A stretch of 32,000 nt of DNA from Edaphobacter aggregans (lineage in GTDB: Bacteria; Acidobacteriota; Terriglobia; Terriglobales; Acidobacteriaceae). A program made the position numbers and the translations under genes. The notes below the pieces were generated by a model, which did no database searches, was not told the origin of the DNA, and saw nothing but the letters and a program-made list of their open reading frames with translations. Below, piece by piece: positions 25,650-32,000 of this stretch. Numbering within the stretch: the stretch's first letter is position 1; each line of letters begins with the position of its first letter. Location of the stretch: positions 2,220,001-2,252,000 of the forward strand of contig NZ_RSDW01000001.1 of assembly GCF_003945235.1 (NCBI RefSeq), in the 5' to 3' direction.

Positions 25650-26717
25650 CTAATCTGCATTCCAAAAACACTTCTGGTTACTCGTTACTCCAAACCGTGG
25701 GCTGCGACCAAGATAGCCACGAACCAGTTTCGTCACCGAGTCAAACGTCGTTTCTCCTAGAATATATCCCGCTACACAATATAGGTAAAACATAGGATAT
25801 TTGTAAAATCCAAGCTGCCCGTAGCTGCGACAGAGCTTGAGGTATTCACCAAGCGGCAATGTCAATTGGTCTTTAATATAAGGGTAAAAATAGTTAGCAT
25901 AGTCGCGCATTACGTCGGCCGCAACATCGATACCAATCCTTCGTTTTAGGTCCCTGATAATGGACAATGCCCCGCCAACCATATTGAGGCGCGCTTGCGG
26001 AGTATATCTACCCGGAATATATTTACCTTTTTCATTGTCGCTGTTTCCAAATTCAGGAGCTTCGGTACTCCGGCAAAGTACAAGCACCTTCGGGGTTACA
26101 ACCGCGTTCTTCTCGGAAAGAACAGAAGCAGTCAGGTGCATCTGGTAGTAGAGCGTCCCATCAAATTCACTCGTGGCAGACAAATAAGCAGCATCGCGAT
26201 GCACGATATAGCCCGAAATAACTCCTGAACGTCGAAAACAAATAGTAATGGCTTCTTTGCCAGCTCTGAATACTTGCTCTTCGTTAAAATAACGGACTTC
26301 TTGGTTGATTATTTCCGGCACATCGTTAAACCACGCATAGCTTTTCAATACGAGTCCAACATCTTTGTGTCTACCTAGAATATTTGCGACGTGGGCAAGC
26401 ACGCCGGAACACATCAAATCGTCATTGCCCATGAAAAAACAATATTCGCCAGTCGATCTTTCAACTAGGTTCCGAATATTGGCATCGTAGCCCAGGTTGG
26501 TCTTGTTTTCATAGTAGTGCAATACACCCGGAAAATGATCGGCATAGCTTTTTACGATAGATGCAATCTTCGCACGCTCGCGTGACTGATCTTCACAAAT
26601 GACAATATCGAAGTCACTGAAGTCTTGTGCAAAAATTGAGTCTAAGAGAGGCCCCAGATATTTTGCCCTGTTATAGGCGGGGATACATATAGAAAATTTG
26701 CGGCGGCTGTTGCTCAT
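25650..26717 (-). CDS. Glycosyltransferase family 2
   Basis: N-terminus is FSICIPAYNRAKYLGPLLDSIFAQDFSDFDIVICEDQS, with a DDL acceptor region at FFMGNDDL. The ATG at 26717 overlaps the upstream stop as ATGA. The ORF-track start at 26732 is less likely. Confidence 0.8.
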   Translation of the reverse strand: MSNSRRKFSICIPAYNRAKYLGPLLDSIFAQDFSDFDIVICEDQSRERAKIASIVKSYADHFPGVLHYYENKTNLGYDANIRNLVERSTGEYCFFMGNDDLMCSGVLAHVANILGRHKDVGLVLKSYAWFNDVPEIINQEVRYFNEEQVFRAGKEAITICFRRSGVISGYIVHRDAAYLSATSEFDGTLYYQMHLTASVLSEKNAVVTPKVLVLCRSTEAPEFGNSDNEKGKYIPGRYTPQARLNMVGGALSIIRDLKRRIGIDVAADVMRDYANYFYPYIKDQLTLPLGEYLKLCRSYGQLGFYKYPMFYLYCVAGYILGETTFDSVTKLVRGYLGRSPRFGVTSNQKCFWNAD

Positions 26718-27364
26718 ATTCTTTCCCAGCAATTTGACGTATGGTTGTACTGCTTAAGGGGCACGGCTGGAATGCCGGCAACAATAGCCTCTGCCGGTAC
26801 ATTCTCCTTGACCACTGAATTGGCTCCAATCACTGCGCCATCGCCAATCGTAAGCGGCCCAACAATCACAACATTGTCACCGATCCAAACACTTTCTCCA
26901 ATGAAAACTGGCCCTCCCTTCAACTGGCGGCGGCTAGGCGGCTCGCTTGGCAAACTCTGATTCACTCCTTTGTAAACTCCGTGGTTATGGTCAGAAATAT
27001 ATACGCCGCTCCCTATTAATGAGTTCTTTTTGATAACCACGTGTTCAATACACGAGATGTGAACACCATCCGAAAGAGAAACAAAGTCGCCGATCTCAAT
27101 CTTCGGGGTAAAGCGTTGTTCCCCATAACAAGACACAGCTTCTAACCAGAGATTACTGGTTACGTAAACCCCACATCCGAATGAAATACACTTCGATCCT
27201 CGAATTGTACTGCCTGAGCCAAGATGTAGCTGTGGAGCATGAAAGATTTGACTCAGGACACTGTCTTTCAATTTGGATATAATTTGGCCTACTAGGAGCC
27301 GCGTAGCCCAGAGCTTATGATCCGAGGCGTACGCCTTTTCAACTATGCCCGTGATTCGTCTCAT
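26714..27364 (-). CDS. Hexapeptide-repeat (left-handed beta-helix) O-acetyltransferase
   Basis: The C-terminal half IGESVWIGDNVVIVGPLTIGDGAVIGANSVVKENVPAEAIVAGIPA is typical of WbbJ/LacA-type acetyltransferases. Confidence 0.8.
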   Translation of the reverse strand: MRRITGIVEKAYASDHKLWATRLLVGQIISKLKDSVLSQIFHAPQLHLGSGSTIRGSKCISFGCGVYVTSNLWLEAVSCYGEQRFTPKIEIGDFVSLSDGVHISCIEHVVIKKNSLIGSGVYISDHNHGVYKGVNQSLPSEPPSRRQLKGGPVFIGESVWIGDNVVIVGPLTIGDGAVIGANSVVKENVPAEAIVAGIPAVPLKQYNHTSNCWERI

Positions 27365-27426
27365 TGTCTCATCTGCTCGTCTAGTCCAGCGAATACCGAG
27401 GACGGTGGATTACCTTGGGCGCTATT

Positions 27427-28422
27427 TTAGCGCATAAGCATAGATCCCAATGTTTTATCAAGCTTATTAAAGACACGTATCAGAATGAGCCAACCGCTGG
27501 CAAGAACATATGGCATTTTCAGAATGGGAAAAACAAAAAGCCAGTAACGGAAGTTGCTGCCAAATATAGGCGTCAAAATTGTGTCTGATGCTTGTTCTTT
27601 TTCAAAGCGAACGGGTGATCTTCGTAATTTTAGAAGCGCCGCGGGCAAGAAACGCATCAGCGTTCCGTTGATAACACTTCGAGCCATTGTGGGATCCTGC
27701 AAGCGATCCTCGGTTATATTATTGAGATTTTCCCCAAAGACCTGAGACAACATATAACCACCAGTATTATTCGTTCGCATCCCAACTAGCTCTTCATAAA
27801 TATACAGTCCACGCACATATCCATTCAGAGCCGCATAGGTCCAACCCAAGTGAACCAAATTTGTACCGACTAAACTTGAGAGATCTTTCTGATTAGATGA
27901 CATCACATAATCTTTGTTAGTTATGATGCCGCTAATGAAGGTTAAATTTACATGGATTGCTCGTACGAACACCTTTGCATCTTTGATCACTTTAGGCGCT
28001 CGATAGGACTTGATCCGCTTGGAACTCATTGAGTCATCGAAAATATACGAGTTCAAATAGATCAGGTTGTATTCGCTAGCCTCTAGATACGCGATGATTT
28101 TTTTGATAGCACCTGGTGTGACGACATCGTCGTCACCAATAATCCAAACATACTTGCCCCGTGCTCTTTCGAAGCATTGCAGGAAATTCCTATCTGCTCC
28201 GATATTGGACGCATTGCGCAAATAGCAAATTTCCAAACCACGATCTATATATGCTTTGACAATGTTCGGTGTCTCGTCAGACGAGTCATTGTCAGATATG
28301 AGCAACTCTATTTTGGGGTTAGAGACACATTGATCAAGAAGACACGATAATAGCTCGTCTAGAAAAACGGACCTATTGTAGGTGGGAATTGAGATCGAGA
28401 GAAGAGGCCGGCTACTCTGCAT
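27427..28422 (-). CDS. Glycosyltransferase family 2
   Basis: LLSISIPTYNRSVFLDELLSCLLDQCVSNPKIELLISDNDSSDET, with a DDD at WIIGDDDV. The ATG at 28422 overlaps the upstream gene end by 11 nt. Confidence 0.8.
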   Translation of the reverse strand: MQSSRPLLSISIPTYNRSVFLDELLSCLLDQCVSNPKIELLISDNDSSDETPNIVKAYIDRGLEICYLRNASNIGADRNFLQCFERARGKYVWIIGDDDVVTPGAIKKIIAYLEASEYNLIYLNSYIFDDSMSSKRIKSYRAPKVIKDAKVFVRAIHVNLTFISGIITNKDYVMSSNQKDLSSLVGTNLVHLGWTYAALNGYVRGLYIYEELVGMRTNNTGGYMLSQVFGENLNNITEDRLQDPTMARSVINGTLMRFLPAALLKLRRSPVRFEKEQASDTILTPIFGSNFRYWLFVFPILKMPYVLASGWLILIRVFNKLDKTLGSMLMR

Positions 28423-29815
28423 GCCAAATTCTCCGATACCTAAGAAAAGTAAAAGTTCCAAGTCCCAGGCCAACAAAAGTAGTGACACCCAAATACCCGG
28501 TGATCATCCCAACAGCGCCAAATCTTTTTCCTAATGCATAAGATGAGAAGAGCATAAACAATGCGCCCATAACGGAGATAGGCAAGAACTTTTCCTGTTT
28601 ATGAGCTCGCAGATATATCGCCTCCGAGATCACAATATGGTTGAAAATCATAGTCAACAAAAGCATTCCAAAGGGAAGGGGTCCAAGCACGCGATGAGCA
28701 AAATGACTCTTCTCAATATTGAGATAGATCACACCGCTCCAGACTACTGCTGAACCTAAAACACAAACGACCAAAGACTGCGCTAGCGTCCGAAAGAAAA
28801 CATGATCCAGTTTCAGGTATTCCTTACGCGCGATCATCGCGCCAAAGGGTGCGGCTTTGGTGTTGACCCAGGCAATGCTTACTGCCATCAGAGCATTACT
28901 GATATTCAAAGACATGCCCATCTGACCTGCGGCGATAGGTCCCCAATATGCGAACAGAATTGGATTGAATAGTTGAAAGATAAAATATCCGCATAGCCAG
29001 CTGACCGCAATGCGCCACTGAAAAGGCCATACCTCTTGCCACCAATGGATGCGATCTTGACCTGCGTGATAGAAGAACAACGGTAACAGAAGCTGTCGCC
29101 GCGTGTAGAGCCAGATACTCCCAGCCAATACCTGACCTGCAATCATCATTGCCGGAGCAAAAAGACCGTGGCGTGTCAACATCGCGGCCCAGGCCAGCAC
29201 ACTTCCAAGCAAAGCCTGCCAAAGGCGAGTACGTGCTACTTGTGGCACATACCCACAACCCTCGAGAAAGGAGAAAACAGGATCGATCTGAAAAGCAACA
29301 CTTGCGACCAGAACCACCGACCACCAAGGCAGGCGCCATGCGACCTCCGGCCCAGAGTGCGAATTACTGGCAAAAAAATGGAGCCCCGCTGGAATAAGTA
29401 TGCACGGCATCAAGAATGCGGTGATTGAATACCACCGCACTGACTTTTGCAGTACGGATGCCAGTCTTGCATGAGCTACACGGTCTCCAGTAACTTCATC
29501 ATCTTTAGAAATGGATAGGTGTGCGCACTCATGGCTTGCCATCTGCAAGATAACAAAAGAAAAGCCTAATTCGAACACCATCTGTAGGGCGACAAGGCTT
29601 CCGAAGGTGTAATAGTAACCCTGCTCAGCGCCAGTAAGAGAATGCGCGATGAGCACAATCGTTACAAGACCAGCCAGGCTAGACCATCCTCGCGCAAGTA
29701 CCGTAAGAATAACGGCTCGATCTAGCCCCAATAATCTTCGCAGCCGCGAAATAGCCGAGGGCTTGGATGTCAGCGTGTCGATTTGGAACGGATTAAACAG
29801 GGGGTCAAAGTTCAA
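28412..29815 (-). CDS. Polytopic membrane protein, putative Wzx-like polysaccharide flippase (MOP superfamily)
   Basis: 467-aa ORF with about 12 hydrophobic helices. Its position at the head of a GT/acetyltransferase operon fits. It has only a TTG start at 29815 and no early ATG, so the true start is uncertain. Confidence 0.55.
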   Translation of the reverse strand: MNFDPLFNPFQIDTLTSKPSAISRLRRLLGLDRAVILTVLARGWSSLAGLVTIVLIAHSLTGAEQGYYYTFGSLVALQMVFELGFSFVILQMASHECAHLSISKDDEVTGDRVAHARLASVLQKSVRWYSITAFLMPCILIPAGLHFFASNSHSGPEVAWRLPWWSVVLVASVAFQIDPVFSFLEGCGYVPQVARTRLWQALLGSVLAWAAMLTRHGLFAPAMMIAGQVLAGSIWLYTRRQLLLPLFFYHAGQDRIHWWQEVWPFQWRIAVSWLCGYFIFQLFNPILFAYWGPIAAGQMGMSLNISNALMAVSIAWVNTKAAPFGAMIARKEYLKLDHVFFRTLAQSLVVCVLGSAVVWSGVIYLNIEKSHFAHRVLGPLPFGMLLLTMIFNHIVISEAIYLRAHKQEKFLPISVMGALFMLFSSYALGKRFGAVGMITGYLGVTTFVGLGLGTFTFLRYRRIWHAE

Positions 29816-30133
29816 TCAGGTTGCGTCTGCGAGGCGCACCTTGGATTCTCCGATCTTTGTAGCAGTAGATTATTAGTTTAGCGCATCGGTGAGCGAATAA
29901 CTTTCTGCGGTAAACCTATCGGGGGGATCTGGCTTCGAAAGGATATAGGATTTCCGGTGGATGCGGTAGAGGATGTTTATGAGCTGTGATCATAGAGTTC
30001 GAGCCCCGTGAAGCGTTCGAGCAAAGTGACCGTAACTGGGTTGCCAAACCTTCCAAGTTACCTTCCTCATTGGGTCAGGGACTTACGCTGCTGATTAGCT
30101 TCATCATCCCTCGCGGGGATTGCTTCGCCGAGT

Positions 30134-31189
30134 TCAGCGGTAGCTTTCGACTGTTCTTCGGAAACCCTGCTCGATGGAGTGAGCCGGGTTCCAACCGAGG
30201 GCTTTGGCTTTGTCGATGTTGGGGACGGTGGAGACGATGGGGCTGACGAAGTAGTTCTGATCGGTGCGTGCGCGGCGTTCGACGGTGATGCCTTCGCTGT
30301 GGAATTCAGCGACGAGGCAATCTACTAGCTCTGCGATGCTGCACTCGCCGTTTGGATTGGCTACGTTGTAGGCTTCGCCATTTTTGCCGAGGAGAAGGAC
30401 GGTGAAGAAGCCGAGGGTTGCGTCGGCGAGGTAACAGAAGCTGCGGCGGGCGCTGCCGTCGCTTTGGAGAACGATGGGACCGCCTTTGAGGATGTCTCGG
30501 ACGAAGTCGGCGAAGACGCGGCCGTCGTCGAGGCGCATGCCGGGGCCATAGGTGTGGAAGGGGCGGACGATGCGCGTAGGGATGCCGTATTGATGAGCCC
30601 AGGCGACGCACATGGTCTCGGCCATGCGCTTGCTTTCGCCGTAGCAGGAGCGGACGTCGGTGGGATCGAGGAAGCCGCCGTCGTCTTCGGCGATGGGGCC
30701 GCTGTTGCTCTTGATGATGCCATAGACCTCGCCACTGCTGAAGTAGAGGAAGCCGCGGACTGGGTGCTGCCGCGCGGCTTCGAGGAGGTGCCAGATGCCG
30801 AGGACGTTTGCGGAGAGGGTGCCTACGGGGTCAGTACGGTAGAAGACGGGACTGGCCTGGCTGGCGGCGTGGATGGCGAAGTCGAAGGGCTCGCGAAAGG
30901 TGAGCGGGTCGGAGATATTCTGGACGAGGATTTGGAGGTTAGGGTCGTCGAGGTGATGGCGGAAGCGCTCGCGGGCGCGGTCGAGGTTGCGAACTATAGC
31001 GATTACACGGGCGGGGCGGGCGAGGTGTGAGCGGTTGAGGTAGAGGAGGGTCTCAACCATGTAGGCGGGAAGGAAGCCGGCTGCTCCGGTGATGAGGACG
31101 GTAGTGCCGGAGAACGAATCCCAGGGGAGCGATGCGCTGACGATGGAGGCTAGGTCTTCTTCGACGATTGCATTGTTTAAAGAAGGCAT
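30134..31189 (-). CDS. NAD-dependent epimerase/dehydratase (extended SDR, UDP-sugar decarboxylase/epimerase-like)
   Basis: Rossmann motif VLITGAAGFLPAYM and catalytic YGESK. The ATG at 31189 (MPSLNNAIVEE...) lies 6 nt after the upstream stop. The 100-codon Arg/Pro-rich extension in the ORF track overlaps the FkbM gene and is rejected. Confidence 0.85.
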   Translation of the reverse strand: MPSLNNAIVEEDLASIVSASLPWDSFSGTTVLITGAAGFLPAYMVETLLYLNRSHLARPARVIAIVRNLDRARERFRHHLDDPNLQILVQNISDPLTFREPFDFAIHAASQASPVFYRTDPVGTLSANVLGIWHLLEAARQHPVRGFLYFSSGEVYGIIKSNSGPIAEDDGGFLDPTDVRSCYGESKRMAETMCVAWAHQYGIPTRIVRPFHTYGPGMRLDDGRVFADFVRDILKGGPIVLQSDGSARRSFCYLADATLGFFTVLLLGKNGEAYNVANPNGECSIAELVDCLVAEFHSEGITVERRARTDQNYFVSPIVSTVPNIDKAKALGWNPAHSIEQGFRRTVESYR

Positions 31190-31194
31190 ATTCG

Positions 31195-32000
31195 CTAGGG
31201 GAGCAGGCCGAGGAAACGCACCATCTCGAGATGGCGCTCGGTGTGGAGGAAGAAGAAGTTGGTCTCGACGGTGGTCTCGGTCATCTCGGCGAAGGAGTGC
31301 AGGGTGTTGCCGTCGAGCGCGAAGCACTGGTAGCCGATATCGCGGAAGAGGGCGATGATATCGTTGGGGTGGTAGTCGAAGCGGGCGGCCCACTTGCGGA
31401 GCATTTCGGTGAAGACGATGGGCTTGGCGCGCTCGAGGGTTTTGACGGCTCCGCGGAAGACGCGGAGCTCGCCACCCTCTACGTCGCACTTGATGAAATC
31501 GGGAGAGATGCCGGTGCGGTCGACGAAGGCGTCGAGGGTTTCTACAGGGCAGGTGAGGGTTTGGGTGGGGCCGAACTCTGCGCCGAGAGGGGCTCCAGAT
31601 GCGGCTCCGGAGACGGTGGGGTCGAAGTAGAAGGTGGCTTCGTAAGCGCGATCGGAGAGGCCCTGATTGAGGGCGGTGACGTTGCTGACGCCGTTGAGGG
31701 TGAGGTTGCGCTGCAGCTCGCCGTAGGTTGCGGCGACGGGCTCGAAGGCGATGAGTTTTGAATCGGGGAAGCGCTGGCCGATGGCGATGCTGTAGATGCC
31801 TACGTTGGCGCCGACGTCGAAGATGGTGCTACAGGTCTTGGCGAGACGAAGGACTGCGCCGAGCTCTTCGGATTCGTAGTTGCGGAAGTTGAGGCTGGCG
31901 ATTGCTACGTGGCGCTGATCGTTGGGCATGCACCTGAGCTTGACCCTGGGATCGCGCAGGTTGAAGATGACGCCCTGATCGGTGATTTCGATGGAGGCGA
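31195..32000 (-). CDS. FkbM family methyltransferase (5' end beyond the window)
   Basis: IFDVGANVGIYSIAIGQRFP ... AFEP ... IKCDVEGGELRVFRG are FkbM/Methyltransf_21 motifs. The frame stays open upstream of the ATG at 31929 to the window edge. Hand-counted GC3 there is about 87%, so the gene probably starts outside the window. Confidence 0.8.
   Translation of the reverse strand, partial: ASIEITDQGVIFNLRDPRVKLRCMPNDQRHVAIASLNFRNYESEELGAVLRLAKTCSTIFDVGANVGIYSIAIGQRFPDSKLIAFEPVAATYGELQRNLTLNGVSNVTALNQGLSDRAYEATFYFDPTVSGAASGAPLGAEFGPTQTLTCPVETLDAFVDRTGISPDFIKCDVEGGELRVFRGAVKTLERAKPIVFTEMLRKWAARFDYHPNDIIALFRDIGYQCFALDGNTLHSFAEMTETTVETNFFFLHTERHLEMVRFLGLLP

Noticed and set aside
29986-30012. GAGTTCGAGCCCC resembling a tRNA T-loop (GTTCGA), considered as a tRNA-fragment att site at the island boundary.
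   Set aside because: The flanking bases do not form a T-stem, and no acceptor or anticodon arms can be drawn. It is most likely a chance match.
31190-31489. 100-codon Arg/Pro-rich N-terminal extension of the epimerase ORF (ORF track 30134-31489).
   Set aside because: It overlaps the 3' end of the FkbM gene in another frame. The Rossmann fold begins shortly after the ATG at 31189, which sits 6 nt downstream of the FkbM stop.

Overview
High-GC window (spot hand counts of about 58-68% GC over most of it) from a Gram-negative bacterium. The protein content (TAT-exported beta-helix hydrolases, PAP2, Wzi-like barrel, bactofilin, DUF2059) suggests an Acidobacteriota-like soil organism, but that is inference only. 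No rRNA, tRNA or CRISPR array was recognised.

**Layout**
- **1-1.6 kb:** tail of an upstream gene, a DUF2059 periplasmic protein and a stand-alone degenerate receiver domain.
- **1.6-9.8 kb:** a complete Kdp K+-uptake locus in an unusual layout. KdpD is split into two divergently transcribed genes whose start codons are 14 bp apart. The N-terminal KdpD/Usp half is translationally coupled to kdpE. A perfect 11-bp tandem TTTACG direct repeat (candidate KdpE box) follows. Next comes an unlisted 33-codon membrane sORF coupled by an ATGA overlap to kdpF, then kdpA, kdpB and kdpC. A shared sequence motif brackets the locus on both sides.
- **10-19 kb:** miscellaneous genes. These are a TAT-exported GH28-like enzyme, a GYF_2/DUF4234 plus DUF2752 pair, bactofilin, an ICMT-family methyltransferase, a CBS pair, MarC, FmdE, a WER-repeat secreted peptide and a YeiH-family exporter. 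YeiH is preceded by two short candidate ORFs, one ending in three consecutive Cys codons.
- **19.4-32 kb:** a surface-polysaccharide region. It opens with an 880-aa PAP2 phosphatase fused to a Wzi-like outer-membrane domain. A compositionally mosaic, lower-GC block follows (spot counts 38-53% GC), encoding GT4, two GT2s, a hexapeptide acetyltransferase and a Wzx-like flippase. That block also holds a decayed IS3-family transposase remnant and an oppositely oriented TAT-lipoprotein beta-helix enzyme. High-GC epimerase/dehydratase and FkbM methyltransferase genes run off the right edge.

**Most notable candidates:** the split divergent KdpD, the sORF upstream of kdpF, the PAP2-Wzi fusion, the Cys-codon leader upstream of the YeiH-family gene, and the mosaic polysaccharide island. 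All family assignments come from motif recognition by eye, with no database search.
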